64,000 bases of DNA. Origin: Chrysomallon squamiferum. Taxonomy: Eukaryota; Animalia; Mollusca. The DNA is taken from the NCBI GenBank assembly GCA_012295275.1, contig CM022679.1:25482001-25546000 (forward strand). Direction: 5' to 3'. Positions 22,378-35,668 of this stretch are shown here, piece by piece. A model generated the notes under the pieces. It had not been told where the DNA came from. It was given only the letters and a program-made list of their open reading frames with translations, and searched no databases. Within the stretch, counting starts at the first letter, position 1. Each line of letters opens with the position of its first letter. The position numbers and the translations under genes were made by a program.

Positions 22378-23774
22378 CTGACTACATACCTACGCAAAGA
22401 CAAGCAGACTCACAGACATACGTAACATATAAAAAAAAAAAAAAAAACATCTACGATCATATCATTAAATATAATTACATAATATTGTACCACTGTTACC
22501 ATTCGGCTGGATCTTATCAGGAAAACATTTTTCAGTTCAGTAAACCATGCCATTGTAAAAAAATTTTTTAGTATCAGATAAATAAACTGATAAACAATAT
22601 GATGCAAATATAAATTGTGGCTGCATTTGAATAACATTCTTAACACTAAACCAGTCTCTGCCAAAATCAACATATTTGTGTTTTATAGATCTTAGAAAAG
22701 CTTTCGAATTCGTGAACAGAAATATTTTTTGACATAATATAAAATATATATATATATATATATATATTTTAGAAAAGCTAATATATGTGGAATATATATA
22801 TAATTTAATATGTATATGTCCATTGAAACATTAAGTTTAATTCATTTTCTATTTTTCAAAATGGAGTAAGACAAAGGATGTACACTTTAACCCTCTTTCT
22901 TTGTGTTATATATTAATAACGAAACAGAGGAAACTAATAAACTGTGAAACGATATCGAATTACGTGATGTTAGTGAATGGCTACTGATGTGTTACAAAAT
23001 CAGACGGTGAATCGTTACGGCAAATTCTGTACGTGTTTAAAGTTTTGCTAAATCTCTTAGCTGCAAATCTTCCATTATTCATTAACATGATAATATTAAA
23101 TATGTGCGTACGTATGTATATGGTTATGAACTGTGTATACTTTACCTTCTAATGGATGTATTAATTTTTCCAACAAGAAAGAGTTAATATTAAGCTATAT
23201 GGTATTAATAAAACTTGGAAATATTAGACATCTATCAATAACAAAGGTATCAAAGAGACATTTAAAACATTTCAATCACAAAAACAGTAAAAATGTCAAC
23301 AGTTTTTATTATGAACACGATCTGAATATGACAACAGTTCAATTCTAAAGAAGTAGTGAAAAATAAAACATTTAATTTACGTATATGCAATATGAAATTG
23401 TGCAAAAATAGTTTTTCTATGCCAGAACCTTTCATTGCACCATCAAGATCACAAACAGTATACATCTGAACCGTTTTACATCTGAGGCTTGTGGTGTTTT
23501 AATTTTTCGCCAGCTTGTAAATACAGGTAAAAATATATATGTTGTGCGTGTATATAAACACGTAGAACAATCCAACGCATGCCAACATACATACGAATGT
23601 ACATCTTGGAAAAAATATGTTCACCGAATTAGTATTGATATTAATTTTAATCTCGACAATTTTATATATCAAAAAATAAATAAATAAATAAATAAATTAA
23701 AATGTTTCCCCCAATTTTTTAAAATCACAGTTCTCTCGAAGCTACTATTTGTACTTGTTTGTTTATGTGCATGC

Positions 23775-23908
<134 letters not shown>

Positions 23909-24022
23909 TACAGAGAGAGAGCCAAAACTAAAATGAACACGTACAATACCGGTATTTTAATCCCATCTTAGTAAAATACAATTTATATATAGAGCTTTTA
24001 GCGAAACAACTATCCTGATATA

Positions 24023-24746
24023 CAGTATTCCCTCGCTATTCGCGGGGGTTACGTTCTTTACCCCCCCGCGAATAGCGAAAAACCGCGAATATTGGATGCA
24101 GTTTTAAAACGTCTATTATGAGATTATATACGGTACTAAATGCTTCCCAAACACTTTCTAAAGACACTCTTACTCATTAATACAGTAATAATGTAGTAAT
24201 ATTGCATGCAGTTATGTATTTCACTAATGTAGTAATGATAATGTAAACACATTTTAATTTTGTACTGAAACAATATTTTAATCAGAAAGAAACGTAAGTA
24301 CAGGAGGACAGTAACACCGCATAGCATAGTTACCCATACTGTATTACTGCACCGTAAAGTCATTTTCTATGCGTACAACATATGTATTAGAATTGACAGA
24401 AAGTGGAACAAATTTAAAGGCAAACAGACAGATAAATACAATACGCACAGTTCAGGTAATAATAATACAATTCAGTAATAATATGCAATTAAAAACATTA
24501 TTAATACACGGTCACAAAAAATATGCACTGTATATACAGTGTATGCATTTATAAAAAAAATACGTACTGTATTGCAATAATAATTGAAAAAATTTGATAT
24601 TGTTTGTGCGGTTTACCGAGCATTTGTTTTTATGACGTTATGACGCTAGCCTGGTATACCAGCATACGATGCGATAGGGTTAAGAGCCTAACCCGCGAAT
24701 ATACGGGGCCGCGAATGGGGAACCGCGAATAGGTAAGGGTATACTG
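24023..24746. mobile_element. Non-autonomous Tc1/mariner-superfamily (pogo/Tigger-like) DNA transposon or MITE, 724 bp
   Basis: Imperfect TIRs CAGTATTCCCTCGCTATTCGCGG ... CCGCGAATAGGTAAGGGTATACTG. TA flanks both ends (24021-22, 24747-48). Subterminal CCGCGAAT repeats occur at both ends. No transposase ORF. Confidence 0.85.
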
Positions 24747-24951
24747 TATTTCCAAAGATTATTTTCATAATTAGGTCTAGCGGATGTTTTCATGCATAGC
24801 TTTTTCTTGATGACACACAAGCACACATACTTTCTCTTGTTTACAACACAAATACTCATCACATATAAACATGTTCATATATATTCACTTCAAAAAAAAA
24901 AGAAAAAAGAAAAAACAAGAAATTGAAAAAAAGAAAAGAGTCTTTTTTGCA

Positions 24952-26816
24952 TCAGTGTCTGTTATGCCAGCCAAATCTGCCTCCAAGTAAATCAGGATCG
25001 TAGTACACCATATCCTTGTCAACACCTTCAATATGATCATTTAAAACATTCAGAATACCGTTTTCTATTTGACGGAAGTGACGTCGAGGCGTGTATCCGT
25101 CACGTGTTGACCTACAAACGGTGACGAGTTTGGGACTCATGTAAGCGACTTTAAGCATTTCTCTAATGCTCTGTGTGCGAATGTCAATCTCCGCATCTGA
25201 AGGCATGTAGAATGGTACCACGCTGTCATTCGGCTTGTTGTATCCGTCGCAGAGTTTCATGCCGATTCGAGGACTGAATCCGTAAGTTTTTACTGAGTAT
25301 CTGAGGCAGATACCCACTTGTGACAACGCGGATAACTGTCGCTCGTTGTATCTCGCTGAGTGACGTATCAGCGCTCTAAGCGTGCTTGTTATTTTTTTTT
25401 CGTCTGTCGTGCAGAGCGCTGACTGCAGATCTTTCTCCTTTAGGTCTTGCAGCAAACCTGGGACAAACTGAAAGAGCGCGTTCTTCGTAGCTGTACTGTT
25501 GTGGCATGGACTGGTAACGTTCGGATTCATCTCCGAACAAAACCGTTTGAAATTGATAATCTTTTGTAAAACAGAATTGTAAAACTTGTCTGTTTTTCTT
25601 TCTTGTAGAACGTTCGCGCTGCAGAAAAGTTTCTGAACAAAGAAGTGAAGCCACCAGAGCGTGTCCTCGTGAATTCCTGCGTCGTACAGCGGCTGCACCG
25701 CCGACTGAACACCGTAGTAGTCTTCGTCGATGTCGAGTATGACGTTGTCGTACGGGTTGATGAGGTTTCCTTTATATAAAAGTTCGACAGCTTTATCTTC
25801 GCTGATGATTTCAACAATTCCGTTACTGTGTATGTGACAGTCTTCCGTCTTAATAGTTACTGGTACTGTATCTTCATCTGTTCCGTTGGTTATAACGCAC
25901 GACCCTTTTGGTATGTCATCGAAGCCGTCTGGGACGCACGTGCAATAATCTTCAATCATTTTGCCATCGACATCGCGTCTCATTGTTGTTCCTAGCTGGG
26001 CTCGCACAGACAGATAGTCACCCTGCGATCCACTGCTCATATCCCACGGTGGCCACACCCAAATATAACGAGTAATAAGACCCGTGAGAGCGGCCGCCTG
26101 AAAGCAAAACATTAGTAGTCATGGTTATTATCTCTGCCATCGTCGTCATCATTATCCCTGTAATCATGACGTTTCGTTACTCTAGCAGTAACTGTTGTCA
26201 AGCGTTACGTTTAAAAACGTATATAATTATATGTAAAGAAACGTAAAAGTTACTGCTATAGTAACACTACGTCATAATATGTTTGGATGACGTCATTACA
26301 ATGCTAAGAGAAAAAATTAAATAAAAAATTAAATTAAACGATTAATGAAATTAAATAATAATAATAATAATTATTATTATTATTATTATAAATAAATAAA
26401 TAAAAATAATTATTATAACAATACAATAAAACAATGTTTTTACAAGTATATATATATATATATATGTAGGTATGTATTATACATGTATGTTATGTCTATA
26501 TTTTTTTGACCGTTAAGCAGAACAAAAATAACGTGACACTGTAAAACTCACTAGTATGAACTGATCATTTCTCTGCATCAGATTTCCAAATTCACTTTTT
26601 CTGGGCAACCTAAAGAACGGCAGGATCGAGGTAACCAAGGGCGGGGCGCCATCAGAGTGACCGTCAATGTGGAACTGAAAAACAAACATGTCGTCGATGG
26701 ACTAACTGAAATAACTAAACTCAAGACATTTAACAAATACCATGACAGATTTTGATTACTCTCATGCTAGCTTTTCAAATGTCCCATTATAACCAATGAT
26801 TCTCTTGTTTTGACAT

Positions 26817-26867
<51 letters not shown>

Positions 26868-27510
26868 CCGGTGGTTGTGTGTGTATATAAAGCAATTTCT
26901 ATTTTAAAGAAAAATATTTGTTTAAATATAAGTTCATTCATTCGTTCATTTCTTCTTCTTCTTCTTCTTCTTATTATTATTATTATTATTTTGTTATTAT
27001 TAAATTACAATGACTATGATGACGTAATAACAACACTTACCAAAACATTTCCTTTCTTTGGAATGATACCTCTTTCCGCCGCTCTGAACCAGTAAGGTAT
27101 AACTGTAACAAAACAGACATTAAAGTTCAGACAAAGCTTTCGAAACTCGGAATACATCGGATGAATCCGTAATTCCGCGCCGATGCGGATATTTTCTAAA
27201 CACGAAATACACTTTGTAACATACTTCTAAGCGATTTTAATGCTTGAATAGGAAAAAAAAAAGCTAATTAAAATGTTTGTGTGCGTGCGTGCGTATGTGG
27301 TTATGTATATGTTGCTCTATATGTGTTAAAACACAAACAACTTTTTATCGAATTTTCGTTTTAATTTTTCGGCAAAAATAAAATATTTATTACTTCTAAA
27401 CCAGCAAATCATAGAGCTTATATAAAATTATATATATGCAATATTTGAAAAAGGTGTTTTGAAATGTATTTAGTAAATTTATGTAAGACAACAAATTATT
27501 TAAAAATATA

Positions 27511-27577
<67 letters not shown>

Positions 27578-28650
27578 TGAGTTATCTCTAAAAGTATTTT
27601 AGCATTTTGACCTGAGTCATCTACGATACCGGACATATTTTCCATTCACATACGCACGTACGTAGAAATAAATTGAACAGACCGAGTAAATTATTTTACA
27701 AACGTACTGTAGACTCAGTCTGTCGGGACTTTGTATTTGACATTTCTATTCAGTGTAATGACCACGCAAAAAACATTAAAATGTCAGCGTCATGTATTTT
27801 AACAACCTTATTATTTTATCGTAAAACTTTATTTTTACCAAATATTGAGTGTGATAAATAAACGAAACATCATTTGCATACAAATTTTTATTCTTTTTTT
27901 TCTTTTTTTTTCTTTTTTTTTTGTTTTGTTTTGTTTAATAATTTCTTACTCATTTATTTCATTTTATATTAATTTATTTAATTATTTATTAGGCTCATAT
28001 ATATATATATATATATATTTATTCTCCTTTTTATATAGATTTTTTTTTAGCTTTTATGTTTTTTCAACAGAAAGCAGTAATATGTACACCATTTAATATA
28101 AAATTAATGTAAATATATCGTTATGACCGAAATGTTACAGGCATATTTAATAATATTTGACGCCTGCGTAACGTATTTTCATGAAACGATTTCAAAATAA
28201 TAGCCTTAATGAAATAAAAATCTTTGTTTTTCAAAATAAATAAGTAAATAAATAAATAAAAACAAAATCTGAAGAATATTTAAGATTATATTTGAAAGGG
28301 ATATTAACAATAACTGTAAAATTCATCAAAAATGAAACTAGTAAACTTTACACCATTCATTAATAAAGAATTTTCAAACTATGTTATACTTTACCTTCAT
28401 GATGTTCTTCCACAACGTACACGGGGGTGTTAACATGCGCATCTTCCGCATCAGCACCAGCACCAACGACACCGGCATCCGAAACACGAAGGGGTCCCGA
28501 ATAGTTCGGTGGCCCAACTGGACACGGCTGCTTGGACTTCGCCGATTCGCACGTGCTTCGCATGTGCCAGAAAACCATCACACTGACCATCAACAGCAAA
28601 ACGGCGATCGCCACTAAATCCCGAGTAGCAGCTACCCGACATCTCACCAT
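24952..28650 (-). CDS. UPF0489/C5orf22-like type II membrane protein, copy B (intact, 528 aa)
   Basis: Exons 28650-28395, 27102-27041, 26674-26552 and 26097-24952 (256+62+123+1146 nt, in frame, GT-AG). [28 protein letters not shown] (anchor)...VYVVEEHHE|[21 protein letters not shown]|[12 protein letters not shown]...MQRNDQFIL|[18 protein letters not shown]...[10 protein letters not shown]...[10 protein letters not shown]...[12 protein letters not shown]. Confidence 0.9.
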
Positions 28651-29234
28651 TTTATATTAATTTATATAAATATATATATATGAATATATTCCTTTATTTT
28701 TCTTTTATATTCCTTTATTTCTTTTCTTTCCTTATTTCTTTAATAGTTTTTTCTTTTCTTTTTTACAGTTAATTTTAATTTTAAATTAATTATTTTTTTT
28801 TTTTTTTTTTTTTTTCCAGTGTTATTTTACATTCACTTTCGACGTCATGTTCAGCTTTCGGGAGAAAAAATAGATAATTCCCGTAATTTTGACAAACGTT
28901 AGAGACTCGAACAGATGAAGAATAAAAACTCAATTAATCTAGGCAGCAGGTGCGACGACATCATCAGCCAGCCTGGAATACATTCGTGTCACGACGACGA
29001 CATCTGTGACGCGGTGAAACGACACCCTCGTATATGCTCGGCTTCAGATTGTGTGAGTGATGGTTTTTGACTTCAGTGCGTGCACGCGAGCTTGCGAGCA
29101 ATTACTTAATATCTGTTCATTATATCTTTCTGTCTATGTATGTGTGTATATGTGTGTGCGTGCGGGTGCTTGCGGGTGCTTGTATATGTGTGTACATCTA
29201 CATATATATATATAAATAAATAAACATCCATATC

Positions 29235-29250
<16 letters not shown>

Positions 29251-29314
<64 letters not shown>

Positions 29315-29317
29315 TGA

Positions 29318-29365
<48 letters not shown>

Positions 29366-29369
29366 ATAG

Positions 29370-29430
<61 letters not shown>

Positions 29431-29441
29431 AAAATGAATAG

Positions 29442-29506
<65 letters not shown>

Positions 29507-29509
29507 AGA

Positions 29510-29595
<86 letters not shown>
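29251..29595. repeat. Long compound (GA)n microsatellite interrupted by repeated ATGAATAGA(CT) spacers
   Basis: Read directly from the sequence. It lies in the divergent intergenic region between copies B and C. Confidence 0.95.
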
Positions 29596-29597
<2 letters not shown>

Positions 29598-31918
29598 GAA
29601 CTGGATTTAATGTATCCTCAGATCATTTATATATTTATTATTGTTGTTGTTGTTGTTGTTTTAATTAAGGAATCTTTACATATAACGCATGCAAAATGAC
29701 ATATATTTGAATAACGTAACTGGCTGGGTAGTCACAGCTGCTATATATTACATCCAGTAATGTTACATTATAATTAATCCATCTAGTTTGTTATTTACTA
29801 CTAAAAATTTTTCCCGTTAGTCTGTGCTCGTTTTCTGACATTGAAACCTGTCAATAATAGGCCCAATAATGATAAAAACAATAGCAGTAGTAAGAATAAC
29901 AATATCAACAACAAAATATTAACAACGACGACAACAATAAAACAATGATGATGATGACGATATTAATAATAAAAATAATAACAATAACAACAGTAATGAT
30001 GGTAGTGTTGAAGACAGTCATGATAACGATGAATAATAATAATAACAAAATATTGACGACGACGATGACAATAATAATAATTACGACAATGATGATAATA
30101 ATAATAATGATGACAATGACGACAGTAATAATTTAAAAAATACAGAAAAAATAATGAAACTAATGATGAAGACGATATGATGACAATAATGATTATAATG
30201 ATGATAATGATGATGAAAATAATATAAACCAAAACAACAACAACAACATATGATTCAAATCCATAAAACCCCTGTACTAAAAAATACGAAATTTGAATCA
30301 AAACACCTTTGATGCACCAGATGATCATTGTTTCGCCTGCCTCAAAAAAAAAAAAAAAAAAAAAAAAAAAAGAAGTAACATGAGCTTTGGTGTGGTGGCA
30401 GCCGGTTAGTGATAATGATAAATAATTTCTGTGATGCGCTGTCACACGTATCAAACCACGAGAACGAAACTCGAGGTGAGTCTTGTTTTAATACAACTTA
30501 CTAAACCGGGCGAGGGGTGAATTAAACTGTATGTTATTGTGTGTGTTTTTAAAAAAAAAAAATACAATGTACTAAACAGAATTAAGGGCAAAATAAAACT
30601 GTGTATTTTACCACACAAATACAGAGAGGGCAAAACTGACTGTATGTTTTTAAATGCGAGTAATTAAATAGAGTTAAGGACAAAATGAACTGTAATTTGT
30701 TTTTTCTTTCTGTAATTTAAAAAAAAAAAATTAAATATTTTTAAAAAATTTATTTATTTTGGTTGGTTACGAGCGAGAGACAAAACTGAATATAACTATT
30801 TGAAAACTTTTTTTTTTTTTTTTTTTTTTTTGTGATTAATATTTGTTGATAATTACTTCAAATAGATTTGGTTGACAAATATTTTAGATAGATTTATTAA
30901 TATCTACGTCGATAAGATCTGTTCGAAAAAAATAATTAATTAACTGTTTTAGTATCATCATCATCATCATTAACTGACTAATTTTATTTATATTAATTGT
31001 ATATTAATATCCCAAATGACACTTAAATATTACAATAATTTGTATGAATGATATTTATTATATTTAAATTATAATGATTCAGTGCGATTTCCAGCTATTA
31101 ATATTATTTACATTTATAACATACAAGTGTGACATATAGCTATTATAGTAATTTATAATTAAATCATCCAGGATGAACTTAGCTATTTTCATCATATTTA
31201 TTAATTTCATTCAGTTTTTTTCCAACAACAACTAATACAACTAGTTACCACAATTTATTTTTTTATCATTCGTTATGGTAATTAGATATCAAAAGTGCTA
31301 TTTATTTGAAATAGTAATTATTAATAATAATATCATAATTTATTTTTGCAATACTGTCTATTATTATAATTTATTTTTGTAACATTCATTGAGGTAATTA
31401 AATATTATCAAAATTATTACTTATTTGAAATAGTTATTATTATTAATAATATCATAATATATATTTAAAATACTATTATTATAATCTTTTATGTCTGATA
31501 CCTAGTTATTATTACCATTAATACTAGTTATTATGATCATCTATAAGGTATTTGAATAAGAGGAATACATAGCTATTGTCATAATGTACGCAATGTAATG
31601 TGATAGATACATAGCTATTTTAACTACTGTCATCCAGTGTCATGCATATTTGTTTCATAATTAATTATATATATCAGTGTGATATATAGCTATTGTCTTA
31701 GTTTATCATAATTTATATCATTCAGTGTGTTTATATAAAGATATTATCACCATTTATATCATGCAGTGTGATACATAGTCGTTGTCATGGTTTATACTTA
31801 TAACATCCAGTTTTACATTGCCTTGAATCATGATTCATATTGTTCAGTTATGGATACTGTTATGAACTGTTATTTTAGATTTCAGATCTGCCATAGTTTC
31901 GCTCTCTTTGTGAAGAAG

Positions 31919-32521
31919 ATGAAGATTAAAAATGTCAGATACGCTGAGCTTATTCTGACTGCGGCTCTGTTTTGGGCAGGGTGCTGGTTTTTCGTTTGGT
32001 GGCTCCGAGAACCCAAAGCTTGTTCCGTTCCAACCACCAATGGTTTTGGGGTGTCTGAGCAATCCCATGATTCTCTTGTTAAATCAAAACATGCGAGTGA
32101 TAATGACAGACCGTTACCCGTTTACATAGTAGAAGAACATCACGAAGGTAATTTTTAATTTTTAATTTAATTTAATTTTTTTCATTTTCCTGTTGCTGTT
32201 GTTGTTTGGCTTAGTTTAACTGGTATATGCATTTTGCCTTTTATAATTAAATTTATAAGAAAAGTGGAAAAAAATACGAAACAAAACAAACAAAAAGGAA
32301 ACGTTTAAACTTTATTTTTATTTATTTTTATTTTTACTTTATGTTTTTAACTTGTACATTTATAGTAATTTTCATTTTACTACAACTATTGCTGCTATGC
32401 CTGCTAGTACTATTACTACTTTTTTGTACTACTACTACTACTGTTACCATTACTTCTATCACTACTATTACTGTAACTATTAATACAACTATTACTACTA
32501 TTATACAACCATTAATACTAC

Positions 32522-32608
<87 letters not shown>

Positions 32609-33663
32609 GTCTACCACAATAAAAACGACAACAAAATAACAATTATAAGAAAAAATCAATTAATATTAAGTCGTTTGTGGTTTTATTTTTTTTTATTTTT
32701 TTATTTTTTATTTTTTAAAACTATTATTACATCTTGATTCTAATTAAATAAAACAAGGGAGAAAACTGTGTTTATTAAATTTTATTTCGATTATCACAAA
32801 TCTTTACATTAACGAGGCTAGAAGACTCAGTCTGACAGGGGTTATTCAATCTGTAGACTTGTTTTATTCGTTCAGTCATTTCACTCTACATACATAATTG
32901 GATGAAACTTAAAATTATTTTAATAAATTGTTTTTAATTCTCCTCTTTATAAATGTTCATCGGAAGGGGTAGGGCACTCACGGGCAGATAAAGAGGGGCG
33001 ATCTGGCCATCATAGCATAAATGCTGACGCCCCTGTTTTCGTATGACTACCAGTATTTTTGGTTGTTGTTGTCTGATGTTGTTTTGTTTTTGGTTGTCAG
33101 TTTGATTGTTGTTGTCGTTGTCGATTTGTTGTTGTTGTTGTTTTGTTTCATATAATGAAACTAATTTTAATGTTGAAAATCGTATTTAAGACAATGACGA
33201 AACAATACCTATTGTGAAATCTTGCAGACGGAATAAGAAGAATAAGAAAAATCGCAGTCAAAACACACACACACACGCACACGCACTCTTGATTCCCAAG
33301 TGTATAAGATTATTTTTCTTCTGTGTGTAATACGTTTCAGGGTTAAACATTTATTAACATAAATTGACGGTGGGTTAATAATGATAAATATATTTAAAAA
33401 AAGAAGTAGATGCGTGGATTTTGTATACTTTGTGGATGTCATCTGTTTGTATCTCTTTGTTTTAGTTATAAAATACTGGTTCGGTGCTGCAGAAAAGGGA
33501 TACATTCCAAAGCAAGGAAACGTTCTGGTAAGTATCACATACACTTTATATTTAAACACTGATATTAAATTTTTTGTTGTATCTGGTGTGTTAGAAAAAT
33601 AGTGATCATTTCATTTCAATAGAATAATACCGCATTTTGCATTTCTACGTCTTCTTCTTCTTA

Positions 33664-33733
<70 letters not shown>

Positions 33734-34130
33734 GCTGTTGTTGTTTCAGCTACATATTGACGGACATTCGGATGGTGCCACGCCTACCAACTGGATGCTA
33801 GGACCTCTCTTTCGATTTCCATCCAGCGAAGCAGATCTTAGACACATGATGCAAAGAAATGATGTTTTTGTCGTAGTAAGAATTCAAATTTACTTGTTAA
33901 TATTATTTTATTAACAATTAAACACCTCAAGAAAGGCTTATTTATTTATCCTTACTACTGTGTGTATATAAGTTGCTGTCTGTCAGTCAGTCTGTTTGTC
34001 TCTTTGGCTGTCTGTTTTTCTTTCTGTAATATATATATATATATATATATATAGTTTAGTTAATTAGTTTTAATTTATTAACTTACTTATTTATTTATTT
34101 ATTTAAATATCTCTTTATGTTATTTCTTTA

Positions 34131-34184
<54 letters not shown>

Positions 34185-35668
34185 GTTACTGTTGTTGTTT
34201 AACTTTGTTTTCGAGCGATTAATTCTACACATAGTAATGTCTTATCTCAGTCAATGTAAACTAAAAATTAAAATTAAAAATTAAAAAAAAATACAAAAAC
34301 TTGGAGTGACTTGCAAATAGTTGAGTGAGTAATTACAAAGTCACGTTCAGAGAAGGTTACGTTAACCTAGGAAAGATGTTACTCAATTTCGATTTCCCGA
34401 ATTCGATATATATTTATATATTTATCCTATTCTAGTCTATTCTAACATTAAGTTTTATGTGCCATTTTATTATTCGTTCAGTCAGTCACTCATGTAATCC
34501 ATTCATTCATTCCCAGGCCGCGGCGTTGACAGGTTTAATAAACCGATACATTTGGGTGTGGCCCGAGTGGAACACGGACAGTTTCGAAGGACAAAGCAAA
34601 TACGATTACATGTCTATGCAAATTAGATACGGATCCGCGTACCGTATGGACGGCGGGACGGGTCAGCCTGTTCTCGAACTGTGCGGGTGCGCCACGTCTA
34701 AGGAGCTGATGCTAGACAATTACTGTTTTATGAACAATGCGTCGGATTTTGAAGACATGGACGGAATTCCGATAAACGAATCGGATTGCAGTATTAAATA
34801 TTCCGGTTTGATCGAGACTGTCAGGGAAAGGGAGGCAATCAGACGAATTAAGTCAGGGACATGGATAACAGCAAACGACAACGTCCTTCTCGACGTGGAC
34901 GAGGACTTCTACGGAGTGGAAGCGGCGGTGATGCCGTTGTATGATGCTGGGATGGATCAGAATGATATCGATGAGATTTCGTACCTCGCAGAAGAACTTG
35001 TCTGCGCTTCGAATACGGAGCAGGAGCGACAGACAGATTCGTTTTTCAACTACTTGATACACACCGTTCTAGGTTTTATAAACTCTTGTCCACTCATTGA
35101 AACAGATAATAAAAAATACTGCAGCAACAGGTGGAAAAAGATGAAAGCTATATTAAATCTACGTCCTGTATTCATGAATAATCTCAAAGACAGAAATCTT
35201 CAACAACATCTGTGCGATGACATCGAAAGCGAGAAAGCGCTCAAGTCGTTAATTTTTCTACTTTCTAAACTGGACGTCAGTCAACTGAAGGCGTTGGCTG
35301 AAGTCGGTTTCTGTCTGAATGCAAGCCCTAAAACGATGGAGTTCAGCAGCAGACACAGCGTGCGCGTGTGTCATGGCTACAACACACCAAACGACACGGC
35401 GGTCATGTTTTACGTGCCCTCGGTGTCAGAAATAGAACAGAGGACAAATAACCTGAAGCAAATGCTGAAGCAAAACCAGTTCGTGCCCGGCGCGGTGACC
35501 ATTTGTCGATCTGTGAGAGATGGATACACGCCAAGGAAATACTTCATGAGAATCGAAACAGATATAAAAGAAGTTCTTAAAGACGCTTTTCCAAAAATTC
35601 AAGAAGAATCGTTTTATTATGACGAGAATTTGTTAGGCGGCCCCTCTGGTTGGTACGACAGACACTAA
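31919..35668 (+). CDS. UPF0489/C5orf22-like type II membrane protein, copy C (intact, 522 aa)
   Basis: Exons 31919-32147, 33466-33527, 33750-33875 and 34517-35668 (229+62+126+1152 nt, GT-AG, same phases as A and B). MKIKNVRYAE-LILTAALFWAGCWFFVWWL...VYIVEEHHE|VIKYWF...|LHIDGHSD...|[18 protein letters not shown]...LLDVDEDFYG...CRSVRDGYTP...GWYDRH*. Confidence 0.9.

Noticed and set aside
31070-31860. Very degenerate ~40-bp repeats (CATCCAGTGTGATACATAGCTATT-like) upstream of copy C exon 1
   Set aside because: Too decayed to define units or copy number reliably by eye; probably an old minisatellite.
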